Below are positions 27,943 through 35,777 of a stretch of 62,849 nt of DNA, in pieces (within the stretch, counting starts at the first letter, position 1; each line of letters opens with the position of its first letter). The position numbers were made by a program, and so were the translations under genes. A model generated the notes under the pieces. The model saw only the letters and a list, made by a program, of their open reading frames with translations, was not told the DNA's origin and made no database searches. Source of the DNA: a virus. Its lineage: Duplodnaviria > Caudoviricetes. The DNA lies in IMG/VR virus record IMGVR_UViG_3300038492_000542, positions 1-62,849 of that record; one strand, written 5' to 3'.

Positions 27943-28347
27943 TTTAGTTTGTTTTGATCTGTGCGTAATCCATAGCATTAGCCGAAAGGTGCGTGGCCGC
28001 TGATAAGCTGAATAAACAGCAACTGCATTGCGCTATGGTAGTGGCTCTCAAGTAACAATAGGTGAACGAAGATGTGCGCACAGTTCAAAGCAAATTAAAC
28101 AATTTTCCATCACTGGAAAGGTGGCATCTATGCCTAAATAGACGGGTTTGCAATCCTAGGGTGTTTTTATCATTTGTACATCAATGCAACGCGATCAGGC
28201 AGGACTGGCGTTACAAGACTGTCTTTGCAAGCAGCGTGCTCTCCTTTGGTTGTTGCTGTGATTGCAGCGAGTAATGCGCGATAAGCATATCGTTAGTAGG
28301 AAACGGGATGGCCCCGCCTTAAGGGGCACACCAAAAGGAAAATCGAG

Positions 28348-28557
28348 ATGATGAAAGTAGCAACAAAGTCTTTGGAGTTAACAGCAAAAGTGCCGGAGGC
28401 TAGCGGAAACTATTATTGGGCAAAATCAAAAGGTGATGCCAAGGTAGAAGAGCTAAAGGTTAGTGTTATGTTTGCCCCAGGCAATGCCATGGTGTTTCGT
28501 GATTCCAAATGGGTATTGTGCTCATCAATGGGCGGATACTGGGCTAGGATCGTATAA
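28348..28557 (+). CDS. Hypothetical protein (P..G.Y.W...GGYWA family)
   Basis: AAGGA SD; similar to the 44908-45261 C-terminus. Confidence 0.55.
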   Translation: MMKVATKSLELTAKVPEASGNYYWAKSKGDAKVEELKVSVMFAPGNAMVFRDSKWVLCSSMGGYWARIV

Positions 28558-29174
28558 TGCCAATTGAGCTCACGGTCCAGAAGATTAACAACACACTTGT
28601 TCCCGTTGAGCAGGCTGATGTTGAGGTTCTTCAAGATATCAAGAATGGCCAAGGTTTTCGCGTAAGCATTACCCGTGTGAGCGATAGAAGCCTAAAGCAC
28701 CACAGATTGTATTGGGGTGGTCTTGTTAAGCTTCTTTCGGATTACTGGGAGCCTGAGAGCGGCCTAATATCAAAGTATGATAAGCGTGTCATGGGTAGTT
28801 TGATAGATTGGGTGGCTGCCAGGGGTTATGAAACCGAGGCGCTATCTTCACTGGTTGGTCTATACCTTCAGGACAGAGCTGAAAAAGTGAAGCGGTCGGT
28901 ACCAGATTTCGACAAGGCCGCGGCAAGGTTAGAAGATATACATGATTGGCTTAAGCGTGAAGCCGGATACTGGGAGGCTGTGCCAACGCCGACGGGAGTC
29001 ACCAAAAAGCTAAAAAGCATAAATTTCAATGCTCTGCCTAGCGAAGAGGAGTTCATGAAGTTTTATAAGTCCGTTTTTTCAGTGGCTTGGCGCTATGTGT
29101 TTAGTAAGGCTAAGTTTAAAGATGAGCAAGAGGCTATGGATCTCGCGCTTCAAATGTCACAGATGGGGCGATAA
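28557..29174 (+). CDS. DUF1367/NinB-like protein
   Basis: RSLKHHRLYW, WLK.EAGY, KSINF..L...EF..FY. Confidence 0.75.
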   Translation: MPIELTVQKINNTLVPVEQADVEVLQDIKNGQGFRVSITRVSDRSLKHHRLYWGGLVKLLSDYWEPESGLISKYDKRVMGSLIDWVAARGYETEALSSLVGLYLQDRAEKVKRSVPDFDKAAARLEDIHDWLKREAGYWEAVPTPTGVTKKLKSINFNALPSEEEFMKFYKSVFSVAWRYVFSKAKFKDEQEAMDLALQMSQMGR

Positions 29175-29468
29175 ATGACATCCAAGTTAACCAAGGCCTC
29201 AAGAGGCACTGATTGCACTGTTCAAATACACCCATACTGCAATGGCAATCCTGAAACCACTGTTTTTGCGCATGCACCAAGCGAAGATAAGGGATGGTCA
29301 ATAAAAAGCCCTGATTGGTGGGGTGCTGATTGCTGTTCGACTTGCCATGACATAGTTGATGGAAGAATGAAAACAGATATTGAATCTTCTGAAGTTTTTC
29401 AGTGCTTTATGCGCGGTGTTTACAGAACGATAAAAAGACGAATTGATCAGGGTTTAATAAAGGTATGA
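29175..29468 (+). CDS. DUF1364 family (YbcO-like) Zn nuclease-fold protein
   Basis: SRG.DCTVQI..YCNGNPETTVFAH, CCSTCHDIVDGR. Confidence 0.85.
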   Translation: MTSKLTKASRGTDCTVQIHPYCNGNPETTVFAHAPSEDKGWSIKSPDWWGADCCSTCHDIVDGRMKTDIESSEVFQCFMRGVYRTIKRRIDQGLIKV

Positions 29469-29857
29469 GCGAGCACAAACACCAAGTCACAGTTGTTAGG
29501 TATGTAAAGACCGCTCATCCAAGTCTAGAGCATATGCTTGTGGCCTACCCTAGTGGTGCCATTATTGGCAGTGCCGTAAAGTCTAAAGCCGGCGCCCATG
29601 CTGCCAAGATGGGTCAGATAGCTAAGCTTAAGAAAGAAGGGTGGAGAAAAGGTATACCCGACCTTTTGTTTTTTGTCGCTCGCGGCGGCTATCATGGCCT
29701 TGTTATTGAGATGAAGGACCAAGGCAAAACTCAGTGCTCATTGTTAAAAGATCAAAAGTTCTATCTTTCAAGCTTTGAAGATCAGGGTTATAAAGCTATT
29801 TGGTGTGCCGGTTCTGATCAGGCGATTGCGGCGATTGATGATTACTTGGCTCTTTAA
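29465..29857 (+). CDS. VRR-NUC domain nuclease (resolvase-like)
   Basis: EH..Q, K.EG.RKGIPDL, GL.IEMK, Q......QGY. Confidence 0.85.
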   Translation: MSEHKHQVTVVRYVKTAHPSLEHMLVAYPSGAIIGSAVKSKAGAHAAKMGQIAKLKKEGWRKGIPDLLFFVARGGYHGLVIEMKDQGKTQCSLLKDQKFYLSSFEDQGYKAIWCAGSDQAIAAIDDYLAL

Positions 29858-30008
29858 GGTTGTAGTGTTCGATGAGCGCCTCTTCAACGATCTTGCCTGT
29901 GCATCCCTTCTGAGCATTAAGCCTGTCATGAATATATTGAGGCAGCCTTATTGTTTGGCTTAGTCGTCGCAACCATTCTTTTTTCAGCTTGGGTCTTCCT
30001 CTTGGCAC
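29796..30008 (-). CDS. Small DNA-binding protein (AT-hook + ribbon-helix-helix-like)
   Basis: GTG start with GAGGG SD; PRGRPKL...TIRLPQYIHDRL...IVEEAL. Confidence 0.6.
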   Translation of the reverse strand: MPRGRPKLKKEWLRRLSQTIRLPQYIHDRLNAQKGCTGKIVEEALIEHYNLKEPSNHQSPQSPDQNRHTK

Positions 30009-30071
30009 AATGCTACCCTCTTGTTTTAGGCGCAGTGTAAACCATTTAATGAATAACATGTTGTCAATAAA

Positions 30072-30089
30072 TGGAACACAAAAAACATC
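30072..30089 (+). promoter_or_regulatory. 18-bp site, copy 1
   Basis: TGGAACACAAAAAACATC, identical at 54510-54527. Confidence 0.65.
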
Positions 30090-30134
30090 TGCCATTGCCT
30101 TTTTAATATTATGTTAATAGAGGGGGAACGTATT

Positions 30135-30356
30135 ATGACTAGTACAAAGTTAGTGGCCTTAAGCCAGTTTCAAAAGTTGTTCTTGAGCTCACCTGAGGGC
30201 AGGAAGTATGCCCATGAGAATCTTGCCCTTGAAAATGAGCAGGATGAGCTCGACAGAAAGAAGGCTGATTTTTGGGCTCGAGCTCAACAAGACATGAGCC
30301 TGTTTATCAAAAATGTGTCTTTAGATGACGTGGCTGTGACCGGTGGTGCCCAGTGA
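30135..30356 (+). CDS. Small helical protein, paralog of 55372-55638
   Basis: Shared AL....K.F..S.EGR...LE...D.W..A...IK pattern. Confidence 0.65.
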   Translation: MTSTKLVALSQFQKLFLSSPEGRKYAHENLALENEQDELDRKKADFWARAQQDMSLFIKNVSLDDVAVTGGAQ

Positions 30357-30465
30357 GATCTGTGTTTTTGTTGGTTGTGTTAATCATTTGTGCTGGCGCA
30401 GTGGCGTCAACCATTGATAGTATTGCACCAAAATGTGATAGCCAATCATCAAAAAGGAGTCTTCA

Positions 30466-30771
30466 ATGTTCAAGAGACCGCCAGCAATAAGAAAGTGGTC
30501 AACACTGTGGCAAATGTTTGCTTTGTTTTGTGAGTTCTGTGTCGTTCTTCTCACTATGTCAGTGTTTGTTGATGATCTTGAAAGCCGGCATGTGTTTCAA
30601 TCGCTAGTCATTGCCTTGGCTCTTTCGGTATACCTAAAGATGCCTGTTGGCTGGGATGGCGATGAAAAGCTGATTGAAAATGGCAAAGATCGCTGGCATG
30701 ACGTCGCGGTACCAGCACTGAGTGCCCTGTTTCTTCTCCCTATTATGTGGGTTATTAACTGTTTCCTATAA
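30466..30771 (+). CDS. Membrane protein (3 TM; possible holin/antiholin)
   Basis: Three hydrophobic segments; AGGAG SD; near holin. Confidence 0.5.
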   Translation: MFKRPPAIRKWSTLWQMFALFCEFCVVLLTMSVFVDDLESRHVFQSLVIALALSVYLKMPVGWDGDEKLIENGKDRWHDVAVPALSALFLLPIMWVINCFL

Positions 30772-30816
30772 CCCATTAGTATCAAAATTGGCCACCTAGG
30801 TTTATTTGGTGATAAT

Positions 30817-30981
30817 ATGAGCGCAACAACTAGACAACAATTGAATGCTGCGCTCATAACACTGTTTGCCCGAGGCCAACGCAAGGCAAAAGCGGTTAGA
30901 GAAGGCATTCCTAAGCCAAAATTTGAGCCGCTTACGCATGACCAGCTTAAACTCAGCCCAAAGCCCAAAACAGATCGCTAA
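30817..30981 (+). CDS. Hypothetical basic 54-aa protein (not in ORF track)
   Basis: MSATTRQQLNAALITLFARGQRKAK... read by hand; GGTG SD. Confidence 0.45.
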   Translation: MSATTRQQLNAALITLFARGQRKAKAVREGIPKPKFEPLTHDQLKLSPKPKTDR

Positions 30982-31033
30982 AGATGTTGCTGAACAAATA
31001 GCCCATGGTAAAACGATGGAGGATTGCTCTGAT

Positions 31034-31657
31034 GTGCAAGAGGTTATTGAAAATCTTGTTATGGAGCGAGATGAAGTCCATCAAGTAAAAAACACCCTTT
31101 CTGAGGTTCAAGACACCCTATCCTCTATGACCGATCGAATAGAGGAGGGTATTAAGGCCGGCCAAGATGGTTTTGAGTCTTTTAAGGTGGCTTTCAAAAA
31201 GCAAAAAAGCTATATAGAAAAGCTAGAAAGTCAGATTGGACAAGTTGATGAGCGCCGAAAAAGCGACAGAAGAATTAGCGATGATCGTCATGCACAGGTA
31301 AAGGCAGAGCTTGATATTTTGAAGCACACTGCCAACAATACAGCGCAAGCGGCCATGCAAAGCGCGACATCGGCCAGCAAGACTCAAGATAGTGTATTGG
31401 CACTGACATCAAGCATTAGCAGTCAATTTAGCTCTCTCCATGACTCAATCAATATTCTAACAGCATCGGCTCTAGAGGGTGGTAAACCCCAAAAAACAAA
31501 GCCATCAAAGGCGCCAGCAAAGATCACTGAGAAGATCCCAGTTGCTGTGTGGCCAGTCATTGTTGTGGCATTGGTGGGTGCGTTAGTTTTTCTAGCTACT
31601 GGTGATGACAGTCTTTTAAAGCTTATAGGTCTTGGAGGTGCTAAAGATGGCAATTGA
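31034..31657 (+). CDS. Coiled-coil protein with C-terminal membrane anchor
   Basis: GGAGGA SD before GTG 31034; long heptad region, then VWPVIVVALVGALVFLA. Confidence 0.6.
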   Translation: MQEVIENLVMERDEVHQVKNTLSEVQDTLSSMTDRIEEGIKAGQDGFESFKVAFKKQKSYIEKLESQIGQVDERRKSDRRISDDRHAQVKAELDILKHTANNTAQAAMQSATSASKTQDSVLALTSSISSQFSSLHDSINILTASALEGGKPQKTKPSKAPAKITEKIPVAVWPVIVVALVGALVFLATGDDSLLKLIGLGGAKDGN

Positions 31658-32132
31658 TCCATTATCATTAGTGTCACTTTTAAAAGTCGGCAAATCAGCT
31701 ATTGAGAGAATTTGGCCGGACGCTAACAAGCGCGCAGAAGAGATGCGTAAGCTTCAAGAACTAGAGCAGAAAGGGCAGTTGGCAGAGTTGGAGGCTCATG
31801 TTAAAACTTTGACTATGCAGGCTCAAATAAATCTAGAAGATGCTAAGAGTGGAAACATGTGGCAAGCGGGTTGGCGGCCGGCTATTGGGTGGGTTGGCGC
31901 GTTATCACTGTTTTTGATGTACGTTCCCAAAGCTATCATGATGACCATCATTTGGGCTTGGCAGTGCTTTGCAATTCTTAACGGTGCTGAGGATGTTTCC
32001 GCGGTTAATCTGCCTGCCTTCCCTGATTTGGGTGTCACTGATATTATCGGCCTTTTAATGTCGATGCTGGGTATAGCTGGCATGCGAAGCTATGACAAAA
32101 TGAAAAAAACAGACACGAAGGGTGTTAATTAA
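31647..32132 (+). CDS. Holin, 3TM GTA-release type (DUF3154-like)
   Basis: IERIWPD, QAQIN..DA, WQAGWRPAIGW, MLGIAGMRSYDK. Confidence 0.88.
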   Translation: MAIDPLSLVSLLKVGKSAIERIWPDANKRAEEMRKLQELEQKGQLAELEAHVKTLTMQAQINLEDAKSGNMWQAGWRPAIGWVGALSLFLMYVPKAIMMTIIWAWQCFAILNGAEDVSAVNLPAFPDLGVTDIIGLLMSMLGIAGMRSYDKMKKTDTKGVN

Positions 32133-33946
32133 TGGCTGACTTGACAATGACAGGTGCAACCTATGCATCAGCAGAGGCTGGCTTTGGTCAGGCGCTAACG
32201 GGTGGGTATGGCGAGTCTGGCAATGATTATCTTCCTCAAGATACATTCACCGTTACCGCTCGTGTAAGTAGTGTGGCTTCAAGTGGATCTATTGGTGTCA
32301 TTGTGGGGCAGGCCAATGCTTTTTGGGTTGGCAAAAATGGTTCAAATTTATGCGAAGCTAGATATGGTTCTGGCGGTGGTGAGGTTGCGCTGGTTTCTTC
32401 TGTCGATTTAACGGTTGGTGGCCCACATCACATAGAGTTAAACCTTCATGCTGGTGGTGCTCGTTTATTTGTGAATGGCGTCATTGAGGCATCAAGCACA
32501 ACATCACCATCAGCAGCAGGTGTGAATCTTTCTTCTGGCTCTCCGTTTCAAGTTAGGCGATTTGTTACGGCGTTTAATTTTGATGGTGCTGTTGATGAGG
32601 TTGCATTATTTACAGATCAGCTACATGATGCAAATTTCACCCATCCATCTGCGCCGTACTCTAACAATGTGGCTGGAATATATAGCCTGTGGCATTTAGA
32701 TAATAATGGCGTTGATTCAGCCAATGCAGGAAGTGTCATTGATATTGCTCCAGATAATCCGGCTCTGATATACAGCAGATGCAATTGGCTAACATCATCG
32801 ACAGAATCTAAAACAATTAATGTTGGTGCGTGGTTTAAAACACTTTTCACGGGTTCCTCATTAACCCTTAACTTTGATATGACAGGAATTAGTGCTCGCC
32901 GGCCCGTCATTGTGGCAAGAATTGACGGCAGGGATTGGCAGAAGTTTGATGTTGAGGAAACAGTGCCTCTGTCTATTCCTAGTGATCAAGATAATGACAC
33001 TCACTTGCTTGAGGTTTTGTTTGATGCGGCAACGGAAACTGTTTCTCGATGGTCTCCTCAGTCAGTTGCTGTTGTTTTCACTGGATTAACATTAAGTAGT
33101 GGCAGTGAAACTGTGGCAGCGCCTGAACTTGTTGATGATTATGTGTTGTTTTATGGAGATAGCATAACCGAGGGCGTGAGGACTCTAGCGACCAATGGAT
33201 CACTTGACGTTGATAGGAATTCTCAAGTTGTTGGATGGCCTCGCCGAGTTGCTGATTTATTGGGTTGTGATTCTGCAGTTGTTGCATTTGGCAGCCAAGG
33301 CATAAGTGATTCTGGTAATGGTGGTGTACCAAATCTAGTCAATTCTTATGATTTCCTCTGGTCTGGACAGTCAAGAGACTTTTCCATACCGCCAAAATAT
33401 TGCATATGGCTTCAGGGTCACAATGATGGATCTAGCAACACAGTTGCAGACGGATTAGAAGCGCTTAACGGAATGTTGGCCAGTATGGTTGATACTATTT
33501 TTTTTCTTGTTCGCCCATTTTCTGGCAATCAAGCGGCTAATCTTCAATCAATACAATCGACATGCAATGAGCCTAACAGGGTTTTCTATATAGATTCTAC
33601 CGGATTTTTTAACACCTCAAATTCTGCTGATGGATTGCACCCTTACGGATTTGAAGATTTTGCCAATATAGCGCCTAAAATTGCTCAGGCAATAAATAAT
33701 CCAACCCATACATCTAACGCGATCTTATCGGCAGCGGGAATACCCGATGGGACGTATAGGGTGAGATTGTTTTATGAAGATTTGAATTGCGGTGACTCTC
33801 CTGTTTTTGATGGTGATGTGGTGTTTTCAGGTGGTACTGGGTCTGCATCATTTGGTGATAAGTCGGGTAGGTCTGTTACTGGATATGTGGTAGATAATAT
33901 AGGCTCTCATATTAATGGGGCCGTTCTTCAGGTGACTACATCATGA
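32132..33946 (+). CDS. LamG (ConA-like) + SGNH/GDSL esterase virion-associated protein
   Basis: LamG FDGAVDEV..F motif; SGNH blocks FYGDSITEG, GSQG, GHND, DGLHP. Confidence 0.8.
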   Translation: MADLTMTGATYASAEAGFGQALTGGYGESGNDYLPQDTFTVTARVSSVASSGSIGVIVGQANAFWVGKNGSNLCEARYGSGGGEVALVSSVDLTVGGPHHIELNLHAGGARLFVNGVIEASSTTSPSAAGVNLSSGSPFQVRRFVTAFNFDGAVDEVALFTDQLHDANFTHPSAPYSNNVAGIYSLWHLDNNGVDSANAGSVIDIAPDNPALIYSRCNWLTSSTESKTINVGAWFKTLFTGSSLTLNFDMTGISARRPVIVARIDGRDWQKFDVEETVPLSIPSDQDNDTHLLEVLFDAATETVSRWSPQSVAVVFTGLTLSSGSETVAAPELVDDYVLFYGDSITEGVRTLATNGSLDVDRNSQVVGWPRRVADLLGCDSAVVAFGSQGISDSGNGGVPNLVNSYDFLWSGQSRDFSIPPKYCIWLQGHNDGSSNTVADGLEALNGMLASMVDTIFFLVRPFSGNQAANLQSIQSTCNEPNRVFYIDSTGFFNTSNSADGLHPYGFEDFANIAPKIAQAINNPTHTSNAILSAAGIPDGTYRVRLFYEDLNCGDSPVFDGDVVFSGGTGSASFGDKSGRSVTGYVVDNIGSHINGAVLQVTTS

Positions 33947-34065
33947 GTATAAATATTTGGCAATCTGTGAATTCTTGGGGTTCATTACCACCGACACAAT
34001 CATCACCAGATGATTTTTCTGGTAATATTTTATTAGGCATTGGCTGTAGTGTTGTCATGATTTAA
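33943..34065 (+). CDS. Hypothetical 40-aa peptide
   Basis: ATGA overlap with upstream stop; read by hand. Confidence 0.35.
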   Translation: MSINIWQSVNSWGSLPPTQSSPDDFSGNILLGIGCSVVMI

Positions 34066-34077
34066 TGGGTTCGAATT

Positions 34078-34416
34078 ATGCCAAATCAAAGAATACTTAC
34101 AGGAACCGCGAGGCCCCATTTTCAAACTGAAAGCATGAACACACTCAGCGTTCGTGATTATTTTTCATCCCTTGGAATAAATGAAAGTGACACCGTAAAA
34201 ATTGGTAAAATTCACTATCAAATATTTCCCAATGGTGAGCAGATGGTAACAACTCAGTCATCAGAGCCAGATGCGGCTGATGCTGAGCTCACACGAGATG
34301 GTGATTATATTTACACGCTAAGCCTTAATGTAAGCGCCAACAATTTTAAGGGTGCTTTAACTTCTGCCATAGCTCAAGCTGATCAAAAAATAAGTGATCT
34401 TTACGGGGGTAACTAA
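34078..34416 (+). CDS. Hypothetical protein
   Basis: 112-aa ORF in structural block. Confidence 0.55.
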   Translation: MPNQRILTGTARPHFQTESMNTLSVRDYFSSLGINESDTVKIGKIHYQIFPNGEQMVTTQSSEPDAADAELTRDGDYIYTLSLNVSANNFKGALTSAIAQADQKISDLYGGN

Positions 34417-35771
34417 TGCCTCCTGTATCACCACCTGCTGGATGGACTAAAGGCCTACAAATAGATATTGGCAATAGTTTTATACCTACCACCATCAATG
34501 GTAAGGTTCCTGCCGTTCTAACCGCTGCAGCGTTTACTGCTAGCTTCATGGCAGCCATGCAGTCTGATGCTAGAGATTTGCGTTTTACCAGCGATGCTAA
34601 TGGCACTCAATTTTTACCGCGAGAAGTGCAGTACTTTGATGAGCCTAATGGCCATTTGATAGTTCATGTGGGTCTAGACGCCGTTACCGCTTCAACTACT
34701 AAGACGATCTATGCATGGTGCAATAATTCAAGCGCTTCAGAGCCACCACCACGGGACATATCAGGCGCCCAATCAGTTTGGAATAATGTGCTGGGTGGCA
34801 CTGATAGCTATTATGGTGTGTGTCACTTTCAGCAGGCCAGTGACAGCGGTACTCTATTTCCTTCTGACCCTGGCTTTAAATCGGGTTATGAGTCAACCGG
34901 AAATTGGACGCCGGTGAACGCGGGTTCAGGCGTTTCAGATGGTGCTGGGCTGTTGCCGGGTCAAAACGCGTGGGTAATGAGTAACAGCAACAACGTTATT
35001 AACTTGGAAGCCATAAACACCACCCAGAATGATAGCACTGTGCCTTTTTGGCTGGAGTTTTGGGTGTATGCCACATCATACCCGAACAGTAACGCACCCA
35101 TATTTGTAGGAGACTTTAACCGGTTCTTGAAGTGGGAAAGTAACGGCAAGGTAAAGTTTGGTGATTCGGGTAACCCGTCAACAAATGGAATTTTGCTAAA
35201 CCAGTGGAATCAGGTTGCGATGATGCGTGATGCCTCTGGAAATGTGACCTTCTTTCTCAACGGGCAGCCAAATGGAACAACCCAAACCACTCAAGATATT
35301 GAGAATATGAACCGCCTGTTTCAGGATAGAAATAATAACGGCAATGGCTATGATGGTGTTCGGTTTCAGTGGGTTAGGTTATGCCGAGGAGCAACACTAG
35401 GCACCTCTCACCTTGAGATGCAATGGAACGCGGCGGCGAATGATGACACCTTTGCAGCGCCTAGTAATGAGACTGATTTCAACCCGAGCGTGCAGTTAAA
35501 AGTTACGGCGTTGGATTTGGATACTAGATTGCCAATTCAAAATGCAAGAGTTAGATTAGCAACAACCCCTGGTAATGTCGTTGTGCTGGAGGGTTTAACA
35601 GATGCAAGTGGTGAATTAACGGGTTCTTACGATCAAACAACCCCGCAAGATGTTGAGGGTGTTGTTAGAAAGGCAACCGATCCCGACCCGCTTTACAAAC
35701 AGGGTGTCTTGGTAGGCACGATTACAACCGGCGGCCTTGATATTGTGGCGCCAATGACATTAGACGAGTAA
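34416..35771 (+). CDS. DUF2341 + LamG + Ig-like virion protein
   Basis: D.RDLRFTSD..G...L.RE (DUF2341-like), NQWNQVA...FFLNG (LamG), PIQNARV...LTDASG C-terminal domain. Confidence 0.7.
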   Translation: MPPVSPPAGWTKGLQIDIGNSFIPTTINGKVPAVLTAAAFTASFMAAMQSDARDLRFTSDANGTQFLPREVQYFDEPNGHLIVHVGLDAVTASTTKTIYAWCNNSSASEPPPRDISGAQSVWNNVLGGTDSYYGVCHFQQASDSGTLFPSDPGFKSGYESTGNWTPVNAGSGVSDGAGLLPGQNAWVMSNSNNVINLEAINTTQNDSTVPFWLEFWVYATSYPNSNAPIFVGDFNRFLKWESNGKVKFGDSGNPSTNGILLNQWNQVAMMRDASGNVTFFLNGQPNGTTQTTQDIENMNRLFQDRNNNGNGYDGVRFQWVRLCRGATLGTSHLEMQWNAAANDDTFAAPSNETDFNPSVQLKVTALDLDTRLPIQNARVRLATTPGNVVVLEGLTDASGELTGSYDQTTPQDVEGVVRKATDPDPLYKQGVLVGTITTGGLDIVAPMTLDE

Positions 35772-35777
35772 ACAATT

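Larger units (their letters stand above)
26998..28340 (+). ncRNA. Array of structured non-coding RNA modules
   Basis: About 1.35 kb with no convincing gene; consecutive modules each closed by long stems with G-U pairs consistent with + strand RNA. Confidence 0.65.

Noticed and set aside
27980-28035. Hammerhead ribozyme (CTGATAA-stem, nearby GAAA)
   Set aside because: Core reads CTGATAA rather than CTGANGA, and stem II is not followed by GAAA
27415-28274. ORFs 27415-27723, 27686-27943, 27723-27947 and 28062-28274
   Set aside because: No recognisable motifs, weak or absent SD, and they overlap extensive RNA helices; more likely incidental
30866-31033. N-terminal extension of ORF 30866-31657
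   Set aside because: A separate 54-aa ORF (30817-30981) occupies this space, and a strong SD precedes GTG 31034
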